Below, one piece after another: positions 49,536 through 59,561 of a DNA stretch of 64,000 bases; position 1 is the first letter of the stretch; each line of letters opens with the position of its first letter. The position numbers and the translations under genes were made by a program. The notes beneath the pieces are model-generated. The model was not told the DNA's origin. It worked only from the letters and a program-made list of their open reading frames with translations, and did not search any database. The DNA is from Arcobacteraceae bacterium. Its GTDB lineage: Bacteria; Campylobacterota; Campylobacteria; Campylobacterales; Arcobacteraceae. The stretch is taken from contig OY759974.1 in the NCBI GenBank assembly GCA_963662945.1, forward strand, positions 1,152,001-1,216,000, in the 5' to 3' direction.

Positions 49536-50779
49536 TGAAATATTTTCTTATTCTAATCCCTCTATTTCTATTTAGTAATGAATGTTTAACTTGTCATCCT
49601 AAAAAAATGGAACAATGTGCAAATTCAAATCACTATACACTTAAAAATGCAATCAACATTACACGAACTACTTGGGGAGTGAAGAATAGTAATGTAACTC
49701 TTCAAACACTACCTCATCCAAGTAATAACATAAAAAAACCACAAGATTTAGTTGATGATTTTTTACGAAGAAAATGTTTAAAATGTCATCTTACAAGTCA
49801 AAATATCAACCAAACAAATAATCTATGTCTAGCTTGTCATAATCCACACAAAAATAACTTAGATAGTACCAAAGCAAAACCTACACAAGAGAAGTGTCTT
49901 AAATGTCACAACAATGAATTTATAGGAACTGATTATCTTGGACTTTTCCCACATGATTATGATAAAGCATATAGAAGTCCACTTACAAAAGATGGTTACT
50001 ATCCAGAGCGACCTTATGGGATAGATTTTCATCACCTAAACTCTGATATTCATCATCAAAAAGGTTTATCTTGTGTCTATTGCCATAAAAAAAATAAAAA
50101 TAAAAGTTGGGAAAATAAAGTTGATTGTAAATCATGTCACGACAACTTAACACAGAATAATCATAAAAGCTATCATAATACTCTTTCCTGTAATAGTTGT
50201 CATAGTTCTTGGAATATAAGTAGTTATGAACTTAATGTTTTAAGAGATGATACGAAAAACTATAAACAATGGAAAAGACTCACTGTACAAGAAGATGAAT
50301 ATCTTGAAAATTTTTTAAATAAAGCTCTTAAAAACCCAGAAACTAAACCTCAAATGCCTGATTATCTTACAAATACATTGGAAGACGGTGTTTGGTATAG
50401 TGGTTGGAAATTTAGAAGATGGGAAAACTTTTTTTTAGTTAATAGTGATGATGAAACAATCAAAATTGCAAAACCAATGTTTCAATATAGAATTAGTTAT
50501 AAAGATAAAAATGACAAAATTATTCTTGATGATATTAATATGATAGATGGTAAAAAAATAGAAGTTTTTTTACCGAAAACACCACACACCATAACAAAAA
50601 AAGCAAAATCTTGTGAAATGTGTCATGAAAATAAAATTATGTTAGATAGAAACATTATCAATAAAAATTTATTTCAAGGAACTATTTTAAAAGGTTCACC
50701 ATTATCTAAAAAACAATTAGAAAAACTCCAATCACCACTTTATAAAAAGGAGCGAGCAAAAATACTTTTTTCTCACTAA
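49532..50779 (+). CDS. Exported multiheme cytochrome c (8 CxxCH)
   Basis: Signal peptide; CLTCH, CLKCH, CLACH, CLKCH, CVYCH, CKSCH, CNSCH, CEMCH; ATGA overlap with previous gene. Confidence 0.92.
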   Translation: MMKYFLILIPLFLFSNECLTCHPKKMEQCANSNHYTLKNAINITRTTWGVKNSNVTLQTLPHPSNNIKKPQDLVDDFLRRKCLKCHLTSQNINQTNNLCLACHNPHKNNLDSTKAKPTQEKCLKCHNNEFIGTDYLGLFPHDYDKAYRSPLTKDGYYPERPYGIDFHHLNSDIHHQKGLSCVYCHKKNKNKSWENKVDCKSCHDNLTQNNHKSYHNTLSCNSCHSSWNISSYELNVLRDDTKNYKQWKRLTVQEDEYLENFLNKALKNPETKPQMPDYLTNTLEDGVWYSGWKFRRWENFFLVNSDDETIKIAKPMFQYRISYKDKNDKIILDDINMIDGKKIEVFLPKTPHTITKKAKSCEMCHENKIMLDRNIINKNLFQGTILKGSPLSKKQLEKLQSPLYKKERAKILFSH

Positions 50780-50782
50780 AAG

Positions 50783-52597
50783 TTATAAAGCTGGTTTTAA
50801 ATAATCAAGTTTAATAAGTATTTTTACAACCTCTTTAAAAACTGGAACAGCTGAGTTTGAAGCATAATAATAATACCACTTATCTCCCCTATTTACTGGG
50901 TCGTTTACTGTTACCCCCACAGTATATCTATGCTCTTTATCATTTACAAATCCAAAAAAACTACTCATATATTTTCTTTGATATTTCCCTTGTTCAACTA
51001 CATTTGCTGTACCTGTTTTTCCACCAATTTCAAGGCCATCTATTTGTGTTTTTTTTCCGGTTCCTTTTTCTACAGTTTGTATTAACATCTTTTTCATAAA
51101 ATCAGCAGTTTTTTTTGATATAACTTGTGGTTCTAGAATTTGTGCATTTTTATTTGTAAGATAAGGAGTAACTATTTTTCCATCATTATTAAATACAGAG
51201 TAGGCTTTTAATACTTGCATAAAAGTAGCTGTAATACCTTGCCCATAAGAATCTGTAGCTTTAAAAACGTTATCTTCACCCTTATCCTCACCAGCTCTGT
51301 ATTGATATAGTTTATGTATAATACCTCTTGATTCAAAAGGCAAATCTATCCCTGTTTTTTGCGATAATCCAAAATTTAGGTATCCATTATAAAATTGTTC
51401 TGCACTTAATCTATTTGCAATAGTAAGCGTCCCTATATTGCTAGAATAGATAATAATATCTTCTAACGTAAGATAATTTTTTTCAAATTGATGATCATCT
51501 TTAATAGTAAATCGCCCTATTTTATACTTTCCTCGTGGGAATTCCCCTTTTGAATTTGTTTTCCCAGTATTATGTGCGAAAAAAAGTTCATTTTTCTTTA
51601 CTTTTCCTGCATCTACTGCTAAAGATATAGCAATGGGTTTAATAACAGAACCTGGTTCAAAATTATATTCAATGGCATTGATTTTTAAATGTTCTATCTC
51701 ATTTTGTTTAATATCAGATGGATTATATCTATTTGAACTAGCAAGAGAGAGAATTTTTCCTGTTCTACTATCCATAACAGAAACTAGTATCTCTTGAGCT
51801 TCAAATTTTTCTTTATATCTATCTAACATTAGTTCAATATTTTTTTGAAGTTTTAAAGGGATTGTTATAGTTACATCATCACCATCCTTTCTTTTTATGA
51901 TTTTTGAGTCTTTATTAAAAATAATATAAGAAAGAATATCTTTTTCCCCTTCTAGGAGTCCATCTTGAAAATTGTTTAGTTTTTGATTAAACTCTCTTTC
52001 AATTCCATTAATACCATTAACTCTTTGTTTTCCTTGTTTGGAATTTTGCTCTTTTATATATCCCAAAACTGGTGTTAAAGTATCTTTATAGGGATAAACT
52101 CTTTCCTCCCCTGTTTCATATATATCTAATCCATGAATATATGTATTTCCATTTCGTTTAATTGGAACAAATACATCTAAAGCCCTTAATTTAAAAGACA
52201 AAGATTTTAACTCCTTGGCTGTTTTTTGATCAATAGTTCTTGAAAGAATTGTATAACCAGTTTTTTCTGATAATTTTTCTCGTAACTCTTTTTTAGGAAT
52301 ATCACTATATATTGAAAAAAGTGTAATAAATAATTCTTTTTTATCTTTATCAATTGAACGGGTATCAACAGAGGCTGAGTAGATTTTTCGAGAAGTTCCT
52401 ATTTTAAATCCATCTCCACTATAAATATTACCTCGTACTGCTAAATCTTTTTTAGCATAAGTTAAAGATGGCAATTCTCTATTATCTTTAATTGTGTTAA
52501 TTATAGAAAAGATTAGTATTGTAAAAAAGACAAATATCAAACCAACAAGTATCAAAATCTTTTTCATTACGGGTAATTGTTGTTTTTGTAAAGACAA
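50783..52597 (-). CDS. ftsI: Class B penicillin-binding protein (FtsI/PBP3-like)
   Basis: TM, RG.I, EPGSVIK (SxxK), SSN, KTGT; divergent from ftsW. Confidence 0.88.
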   Translation of the reverse strand: MSLQKQQLPVMKKILILVGLIFVFFTILIFSIINTIKDNRELPSLTYAKKDLAVRGNIYSGDGFKIGTSRKIYSASVDTRSIDKDKKELFITLFSIYSDIPKKELREKLSEKTGYTILSRTIDQKTAKELKSLSFKLRALDVFVPIKRNGNTYIHGLDIYETGEERVYPYKDTLTPVLGYIKEQNSKQGKQRVNGINGIEREFNQKLNNFQDGLLEGEKDILSYIIFNKDSKIIKRKDGDDVTITIPLKLQKNIELMLDRYKEKFEAQEILVSVMDSRTGKILSLASSNRYNPSDIKQNEIEHLKINAIEYNFEPGSVIKPIAISLAVDAGKVKKNELFFAHNTGKTNSKGEFPRGKYKIGRFTIKDDHQFEKNYLTLEDIIIYSSNIGTLTIANRLSAEQFYNGYLNFGLSQKTGIDLPFESRGIIHKLYQYRAGEDKGEDNVFKATDSYGQGITATFMQVLKAYSVFNNDGKIVTPYLTNKNAQILEPQVISKKTADFMKKMLIQTVEKGTGKKTQIDGLEIGGKTGTANVVEQGKYQRKYMSSFFGFVNDKEHRYTVGVTVNDPVNRGDKWYYYYASNSAVPVFKEVVKILIKLDYLKPAL

Positions 52598-52647
52598 ATA
52601 TCCTCCAACGTTTGAAAAGTTTTGGTTTTAATTGGTATAATTCCCGA

Positions 52648-53880
52648 ATGAATTCTATCAAAAATATGATTAAATCCTTAACAGATAACAATCAACCAGA
52701 CTATACCCTATTTTTTTTAAGTTCTACACTTATTATTATTAGTATATTATTTTCTTATTCTTTATCAATCTATACTGTTGTTTACTGGGATTACGATCAA
52801 TTTCACTTTTTTTTCAGACAACTATTTACGGGTGTTTTATCTATACTTATTATGTGGAGTTTAGCACAAATAAAACCAGATATTCTTATCCCAAAATTGG
52901 GATGGTTTTTATTTTTATTTTTTCTATTTTTAATGATTATTATGCAAGTTTTACCTGCATCTATGGTAACTGAATCAGGCGGTGCAAAAAGGTGGATACG
53001 ACTTCCTGGAATCTCTATCTCCCCTGTTGAGTTTTTTAAAATAGGATTTATCTATTATCTCGCTTGGTCTTTTCATAGAAAATTATTAGACTTAGATAAA
53101 CTCTCTTTTAAAGAGGAGTTAAAAGTTTTAGCACCTTATGCATTGGTATTTAGTTTTTCTGTATTTTTAATAGCAGTTTTACAAAAAGATTTAGGACAGG
53201 TGGTACTTTTAGCTGTTATACTCTTTATTATGCTTATATTTGCTAACAGAAGTTGGAAAATATTTGCATCTTTAATTGGTGTTGCTGTTGTAGGACTTGC
53301 AAGTTTAATTCTCCTTTTCCCACATAGGATTACACGTATAAAAAGTTGGTGGAGTATGGTACAAGATGGCGTTCTCTCTTTCATGCCTGATAGTGTTGCT
53401 AAATCTTTAAGAATAGAAGAATTTCCGGAACCTTATCAGGTAGGAAACTCACTTAATGCCATAAATAATGGTGGGTATTTTGGAGAAGGATTAGGCAATG
53501 GTTCATTAAAACTTGGATTTTTAAGTGAAGTACATACTGACTTTGTTCTAGCAGGAATCACAGAAGAGGTAGGTTTTATTGGATTTTTGATTATTGTTTT
53601 AATTCTCTTTACCATTATCTTTAGAATTTTTCGTACAAGCAGAAGAATTAAAAACCCAAAATACCATCTCTTTACATTAGGAATTGGCTTAATGATAAGT
53701 ATAGCTTTTTTAATCAACTCTTATGGAATCTCTGGAATTATACCAATTAAAGGGATAGCCGTGCCATTTTTAAGCTATGGAGGAAGTTCGATGTTAGGAA
53801 TTTCTATTGCCATTGGAATGGTACTTTCAATTAGTAGAGATATTCCAAAAGAACGGAAAGATAAAGAATCTAAAGAGTAA
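52648..53880 (+). CDS. ftsW: SEDS protein FtsW
   Basis: GGAKRWI, PVEFFK, QKDLG, YQ, HTDFV, KG...PFLSYGGSS; start uncertain. Confidence 0.9.
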   Translation: MNSIKNMIKSLTDNNQPDYTLFFLSSTLIIISILFSYSLSIYTVVYWDYDQFHFFFRQLFTGVLSILIMWSLAQIKPDILIPKLGWFLFLFFLFLMIIMQVLPASMVTESGGAKRWIRLPGISISPVEFFKIGFIYYLAWSFHRKLLDLDKLSFKEELKVLAPYALVFSFSVFLIAVLQKDLGQVVLLAVILFIMLIFANRSWKIFASLIGVAVVGLASLILLFPHRITRIKSWWSMVQDGVLSFMPDSVAKSLRIEEFPEPYQVGNSLNAINNGGYFGEGLGNGSLKLGFLSEVHTDFVLAGITEEVGFIGFLIIVLILFTIIFRIFRTSRRIKNPKYHLFTLGIGLMISIAFLINSYGISGIIPIKGIAVPFLSYGGSSMLGISIAIGMVLSISRDIPKERKDKESKE

Positions 53881-54217
53881 TATTTTCTAAATACTCTAAC
53901 TCTTCTCCTGCAAATATAATAGCATCTATACAATATACCACATCAAGCTTTTTTTCTTTTAAATAATAATCAATTGCCCGATAAAGTTTATAAAGTTTTT
54001 GAGGCGTTATATTATAAACTGCTTCAAAAGTTTCCCCACTTTTTACCTCTACAAAATGATACACTTCATCTTTTTGGGCAATAATATCTATCTCACCTAA
54101 TTTTTTTGCATGGTAATTTTGCTCTATTATTTTACAACCAATTGAACATAAATATTCAACGGCTTTTTTTTCAAAATATTTACCTTTGGTTGTAGTATTA
54201 TTAGTTTTAGTATCCAT
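53870..54217 (-). CDS. yraN: YraN (UPF0102) family nuclease-fold protein
   Basis: KG..FE..A..YL, GEIDIIA, FVEVK; probable start MDTKT at 54217. Confidence 0.88.
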   Translation of the reverse strand: MDTKTNNTTTKGKYFEKKAVEYLCSIGCKIIEQNYHAKKLGEIDIIAQKDEVYHFVEVKSGETFEAVYNITPQKLYKLYRAIDYYLKEKKLDVVYCIDAIIFAGEELEYLENITL

Positions 54218-54257
54218 TGGATAAAATACTATCTTAATTTTTGTTATAAGGATATTT

Positions 54258-54968
54258 ATGGAATTTGCTTTTATAGTAAAGAAAATTATAAGTGCTATGA
54301 TTATGCCTTTAAGTCTTGGACTTTTTTTAGCTTTAGTTGGACTTGTATTTTTATATTTAAACAAACTAAAAAAAGCGAAAATATTTTTAACTATAAGCAT
54401 ACTCTGGATCAGTATTCTAAGCTATTCTCCATTTGCAAATTTTTTAATTAATCCTCTAACATCTACATACGAGAAACTAGAAAATATACCTGCTGATGTA
54501 AAATATATTTTACTTTTAGGTGGAGATATGGAACATAGAGCTTGGGAAGTATTACGTCTTTATCATCAAATTCCAAATGCAAAGATTATTACTTCTGGCT
54601 ATGAAGGTGGCTTAACTATCCCGGAAGCTATTCTTACTGCAAATATCTTATACAAAATTAATATTCCTAAAAATGATATTATTATACACTCAACACCAAA
54701 AGATACAAAAGAAGAAGCTATAGAGATAAAAAAGCTCTTAGGGGAAACACCTTTTATCTTGGTAACAGCGGCACATCATATGCCTCGGGCTATGGCATTA
54801 TTCCATAAAGAAGGATTGAATCCTATTGCTGCACCTGCTGGACTTAGTTCTTATACAACCATTAATCTACTCTCTATGCCAAATGCCAGTAGTTTGCACA
54901 AAACAGAAATTGCATGGCATGAATATTTAGGGTTACTTTGGAGTAAATTAAGAGGACAAATAGATTGA
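54258..54968 (+). CDS. ElyC/SanA/YdcF (DUF218) family protein
   Basis: 2 N-terminal TM, LLGG, SG..G, DT.EEA, LVT.AHHMPRA, HEYLG. Confidence 0.88.
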   Translation: MEFAFIVKKIISAMIMPLSLGLFLALVGLVFLYLNKLKKAKIFLTISILWISILSYSPFANFLINPLTSTYEKLENIPADVKYILLLGGDMEHRAWEVLRLYHQIPNAKIITSGYEGGLTIPEAILTANILYKINIPKNDIIIHSTPKDTKEEAIEIKKLLGETPFILVTAAHHMPRAMALFHKEGLNPIAAPAGLSSYTTINLLSMPNASSLHKTEIAWHEYLGLLWSKLRGQID

Positions 54969-55657
54969 ATATTGTAAATAAAGAATTTTCAAAACATGCT
55001 GAAGAATACAACCATTATAATATTATACAACAAATTGTTTCTAAGGCAATGGTACGAGAATTAGGTTTTAAACCTCGAAGAATTCTAGAACTTGGTTGTG
55101 GTTCAGGGCAAGTATTTAAAAATATAGATTTTGATTTTGAATACTATAAAGCAATAGATTTTTCACAAAATATGTGTGATATTCATCCAAAACAAAAAAA
55201 TTTAGATATTGTTTGTGTTGATTTTGATAGTGTTGATTTTCATAATACAATTAAAAATGACAAATATGATATAGTATTATCCTCTTCTGCTTTACAATGG
55301 TCAAAAGATTTAAAAAAAATCATTCAAAGTCTTGCAATGGTTTCTGAAAATATCCATATGGTACTTTTTACATCTAATACATTTAAAACAATTTTTTCTC
55401 TTACAAATACACACTCACCAATTTTAGATATAACTACTATAAAAGATGCTTTTGATACTTATTATAATTGCGAATATGAAATTTTGAACTACAAACTAGA
55501 ATTTAATAACAAAAAAAAGCTTTTTGATTATATTAAAAATTCTGGTGTAAGTGGCGGACAAAAACTCTCTTATAAAGAAGCAAAAAAACTTTATCAAAAT
55601 TATGATTTAAATTATTTAGAATTTGAAGTTGTATTTATAAAAGGGAAAAGATGTTAG
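54965..55657 (+). CDS. bioC: Malonyl-ACP O-methyltransferase BioC-like
   Basis: FSK.A..Y.....IQ, LELGCGSG, SSALQW, SGV. Confidence 0.75.
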   Translation: MNIVNKEFSKHAEEYNHYNIIQQIVSKAMVRELGFKPRRILELGCGSGQVFKNIDFDFEYYKAIDFSQNMCDIHPKQKNLDIVCVDFDSVDFHNTIKNDKYDIVLSSSALQWSKDLKKIIQSLAMVSENIHMVLFTSNTFKTIFSLTNTHSPILDITTIKDAFDTYYNCEYEILNYKLEFNNKKKLFDYIKNSGVSGGQKLSYKEAKKLYQNYDLNYLEFEVVFIKGKRC

Positions 55658-56718
55658 TGCATATTTGTTGTAGTGTTGATAGTCACTATTTTTTACAAAG
55701 ATTACAAGAAGAATATCCAGATGAAAAATTAATTGGATTTTTTTATGATCCAAATATCCATCCGTATAGTGAATATAAATTACGACTTCAAGATGTACAA
55801 TATAGTTGCAAAAAACTAGGCATTGAACTTCTTGAGGGAGAATATGATTTAGAAAATTGGCTCAAAATTACTAAAGGCTTGGAAAATGAACCTGAAAAAG
55901 GTGATAGATGTACAGTTTGTTTTGATAATAGATTAGAAGTGAGTGTGCAAAAAGCTTTAGAATTAGGTGAAAATAAATTTACTACTACCCTTTTAATCAG
56001 TCCAAAAAAATCTCAAGAAAAATTAGAAAAAATAGGAAATGATTTAGCAGATAAATATCATTGTGAATTTCTATTTAAAGATTATAGAAGTGGAAATGGT
56101 GTAGAACTTCAAGGATTGGAAGTAAAACAAAATAATCTTTATAGACAAAACTATTGTGGCTGTTTATATGGATTACATGCGCAAAGAGAATACCAAGATA
56201 AATTGGCAGATGAACTTATGATGCCTATTAGTAAACAAATACAGCCAGAATCCATAGAAGAAAGGTTAGAGTTATATCGAAAAAGAGATGATTTAGAAAA
56301 CTATGAAATAGTAAAACAAAGATTTTTAAATTACAGATTACTCAATGCAAAGATTACCATTAATAAAGAAGTAATTCCTTCATATTTTTTATGTTACTCA
56401 ACTTTAAAAAATAAAAAAACTCAAGGAAAAATAGAAAAATCAATCAATAATATACATTATCTAAATCGTGATGAAGTAAAACTTATTACATTAGATACAT
56501 TTAATACACTTGCAAATACTGAATATAAAAACATTTATGAACTTATTTATAATCCTCCACTTTTTAACAAAGAGTTAGAAATACGAAATTTGCTTACTCA
56601 AAACCCTTATGATCTATCAACTATTATCATTTTAGAACAAATTATCAACGGTAAAATTGAGATATATTGTGATGGAAAAGTTTTTGAAGATATCAAAGAG
56701 ACAATTATAACATATTAA
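55651..56718 (+). CDS. queH: Epoxyqueuosine reductase QueH (DUF208) with C-terminal extension
   Basis: HICC, PNIHP..EY..R, RC..CF..RL, YRQNYCGC. Confidence 0.92.
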   Translation: MLVHICCSVDSHYFLQRLQEEYPDEKLIGFFYDPNIHPYSEYKLRLQDVQYSCKKLGIELLEGEYDLENWLKITKGLENEPEKGDRCTVCFDNRLEVSVQKALELGENKFTTTLLISPKKSQEKLEKIGNDLADKYHCEFLFKDYRSGNGVELQGLEVKQNNLYRQNYCGCLYGLHAQREYQDKLADELMMPISKQIQPESIEERLELYRKRDDLENYEIVKQRFLNYRLLNAKITINKEVIPSYFLCYSTLKNKKTQGKIEKSINNIHYLNRDEVKLITLDTFNTLANTEYKNIYELIYNPPLFNKELEIRNLLTQNPYDLSTIIILEQIINGKIEIYCDGKVFEDIKETIITY

Positions 56719-56791
56719 TTACTAAAGCTTTCTTTAAGAACATCTTAAGTATTATTCCAAACTAAATTTTTTATAACAAGGGATAACAGCT

Positions 56792-57052
56792 ATGGCAAAC
56801 CATAAATCAGCTGCAAAGAGAGCAAAACAAACTATCGTAAAAACTGAAAGAAACAGATTCTTCAAAGCAAGAATCAAAAATGTTACTAAAGCAGTTTTAA
56901 GTGCAGTAGAAGCTAATGATAAAGAAGCTGCAACAACAGCAATGAAAGATGCAAATAAATATCTTCACCACTGTGTAAGCAAAAACATTCTTAAAAAAGC
57001 TACTGCTTCAAGAAAAGTAAGTAGATTACAAGCTAAAGTTAACGCTTTATAA
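56792..57052 (+). CDS. rpsT: 30S ribosomal protein S20
   Basis: [19 protein letters not shown]. Confidence 0.98.
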   Translation: MANHKSAAKRAKQTIVKTERNRFFKARIKNVTKAVLSAVEANDKEAATTAMKDANKYLHHCVSKNILKKATASRKVSRLQAKVNAL

Positions 57053-57149
57053 GACTAATTTCTAAACTATTTTTAATATACAAACAAACTGTGTATTAAT
57101 ATAGTTTACTTTTCGTTATTTTACAACAAATCCACACTTAGGTATTTTT

Positions 57150-58217
57150 ATGTTACAAGACAAACTACAGCACTTTATTGATAGATATGAAGAGATAAAT
57201 AAACTTTTAGTATCAGATACTATTTTGAGTGATATTAAAAAAATGACTACTCTATCAAAAGAACAGTCTAGTATAGCAAAAATTGTTGAAGCAGCTCGTG
57301 AATATAATACACTTATATCAGACATAGAAGATAATAAAATGCTTTTAGGTGATGAAGAATTAGGTGAATTAGCAAAAGAGGAACTTAAAGAGTTAGAGGC
57401 AAGAAAACCTAAACTTGAAGAAGAGATTAAATTACTTCTTTTACCAAAAGATCCAAATGATGAAAAAAACATCTATATAGAACTTCGAGCAGGTACTGGT
57501 GGAGACGAAGCTGCACTATTTGTAGCAGACTTATTTAGAACATATATACGATTCGCTGAAAATCAAGGTTGGAAAACTGAGATTATGAGTAGCAGTGAGT
57601 CAGAATCAGGTGGATATAAAGAGATGATTTTCCTAGTAAAAGGAGAATCAGTTTACAGTAAAATGAAATTTGAATCAGGTGTGCACCGAGTTCAAAGGGT
57701 TCCAGCAACAGAATCTCAAGGAAGAGTACATACAAGTGCTATTACAGTTGCTGTAATTCCAGAAGTTGATGATATTGAAATAGAGATAAAAGAAAGTGAT
57801 CTTAAGATTGATGTAATGAGAAGTAGTGGTTGTGGTGGGCAATCTGTAAATACAACAGACTCTGCTGTAAGAATCACTCACTTACCAACAGGAATTGTAG
57901 TAACAAACCAAGATCAAAAATCTCAGCATAAAAATAAAGATAAAGCTATGAAAGTTTTAAAAGCTAGACTTTATGACATGCAAGAACAAGAGCGAATGGA
58001 AGCTGCAGGTGCAGATAGAAAAGCTCAAGTTGGAACAGGTGATAGAAGTGCAAGAATTAGAACTTACAACTATCCGCAAGGAAGAATTAGTGATCATAGA
58101 ATTAACTTAACACTTTATAGACTTGATGCGATTATGAATGATGGATTATTAGAAGAAATTATTGATCCATTAATTGCAGATCATCAAGCAAAACTTATGG
58201 AGATGAGTGGAGTATAA
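57150..58217 (+). CDS. prfA: Peptide chain release factor 1
   Basis: [15 protein letters not shown] (PxT), [12 protein letters not shown]. Confidence 0.97.
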   Translation: MLQDKLQHFIDRYEEINKLLVSDTILSDIKKMTTLSKEQSSIAKIVEAAREYNTLISDIEDNKMLLGDEELGELAKEELKELEARKPKLEEEIKLLLLPKDPNDEKNIYIELRAGTGGDEAALFVADLFRTYIRFAENQGWKTEIMSSSESESGGYKEMIFLVKGESVYSKMKFESGVHRVQRVPATESQGRVHTSAITVAVIPEVDDIEIEIKESDLKIDVMRSSGCGGQSVNTTDSAVRITHLPTGIVVTNQDQKSQHKNKDKAMKVLKARLYDMQEQERMEAAGADRKAQVGTGDRSARIRTYNYPQGRISDHRINLTLYRLDAIMNDGLLEEIIDPLIADHQAKLMEMSGV

Positions 58218-58355
58218 CTCTTCTCCTATCTTTTCAAAAAACACCAACCAAAGAATAATTAAAGAAAACTTAAGTTAGAATAACACTCTACAAAGCAAAT
58301 ATAAATCATAAATAACATTGCATTGTTAAAAAAGTAAAAATACAGGGATAAAATT

Positions 58356-59561
58356 ATGGAAAAAATTATAGATATTATAGATTCTATTGCATATGAAAAA
58401 GGTTTAAAAGTAAGTGATGTAGAAGATGCACTAAAAGAATCATTGATTAAAACTGCACAAAAAATGCAAGATGATAGCCTAGTGTATGAAGCAGATATTG
58501 ATAGAGCTAATAAAACTTTAAAACTATCACAAAAGATTGAAGTAGTATCTAATGATGATAAAAGACTCTCAGGAGATGCTAGAGAAGAACAAAATGCTTG
58601 GGAAAAAGAAAATGGTGTTGAAGGAAAACTTATTAATCCTGAAAACTTTTTACCAATTGATGAAGCAAAAGAGATTGACCCTGATCTAGAAATTGGTGAC
58701 TTTTTAAATTATGATTTAGAATTTGAATCTATGGGAAGAAATGCAGCTACGATTCTTTTCAGTAACTTAGAATATAAACTTCAAAGATTTATAGAAGACA
58801 ATTTATACAATAAATATAACGATCAAGTTGGAGACACAATCACAAGCGTTGTGACACAAGTTGATTCAAATGATAATACATTTATTGAAATTGGTGAAGT
58901 AAAAGGTATTTTACCTAGAAAAAATAGAATAAAAGGGGAATCATTCAAAGTTGGGGATTCTTTAAAGGCTGTTGTAAAAAGTGTAAATATTGATAAAAGA
59001 CTAGGTCTTGTAGTGGAAGTTTCAAGAACTAGTCCAAAATTTTTAGAAAGTTTATTAGCACTAGAAGTACCAGAATTACATGATAAAAAAATAACAATAG
59101 AAAATACTGCAAGGATTCCAGGAAGTAGAGCAAAAATAGCACTTTCTACTACAGAAGCAAATATTGATCCAATTGGTGCAATAGTTGGTGTAAAAGGTGT
59201 GAGAATCAATGCTGTTAGTCAACAATTAAATGGTGAAAATATAGATTGTATTGAATATACTCCAATTAAAGAGATGTTTGTAAGCCGTGCTTTAAGTCCA
59301 GCTATTGTAAAAAGTGTAAAAATTGAAGCAGGTGCTGGAGAAAAAGGGAAAGATAAAGCTATTGTAACAATTTCTGAAGATCAAAAAAGTAGAGCAATAG
59401 GAAAAGTTGGTTTAAATATAAGACTTGCGTCAATGTTAACAAAATGTGAAATAGAACTTAATGTTTTAGAAGAAGGAACAAAAGCAACTGCACAAGATGG
59501 TGTTGATACAACAGAAGAAAAATCAACAGATACTTCAAGTTTAGAGGCACTATTTAACTAA
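58356..59561 (+). CDS. nusA: Transcription termination/antitermination factor NusA
   Basis: SRT, EVPE, AR.PG.RAK, DP.GA.VG..G.RI, AIGK.G.N.RLA. Confidence 0.96.
   Translation: MEKIIDIIDSIAYEKGLKVSDVEDALKESLIKTAQKMQDDSLVYEADIDRANKTLKLSQKIEVVSNDDKRLSGDAREEQNAWEKENGVEGKLINPENFLPIDEAKEIDPDLEIGDFLNYDLEFESMGRNAATILFSNLEYKLQRFIEDNLYNKYNDQVGDTITSVVTQVDSNDNTFIEIGEVKGILPRKNRIKGESFKVGDSLKAVVKSVNIDKRLGLVVEVSRTSPKFLESLLALEVPELHDKKITIENTARIPGSRAKIALSTTEANIDPIGAIVGVKGVRINAVSQQLNGENIDCIEYTPIKEMFVSRALSPAIVKSVKIEAGAGEKGKDKAIVTISEDQKSRAIGKVGLNIRLASMLTKCEIELNVLEEGTKATAQDGVDTTEEKSTDTSSLEALFN

Noticed and set aside
54218-54400. N-terminal extension of yraN in the ORF track
   Set aside because: Overlaps the divergent DUF218 gene; YraN similarity starts near 54217
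56734-56748. TTAAG-N5-CTTAA upstream of rpsT, similar to the element before sqr
   Set aside because: TTAAG-type periodic AT signals are generic in Campylobacterota promoters; cannot assign a regulon
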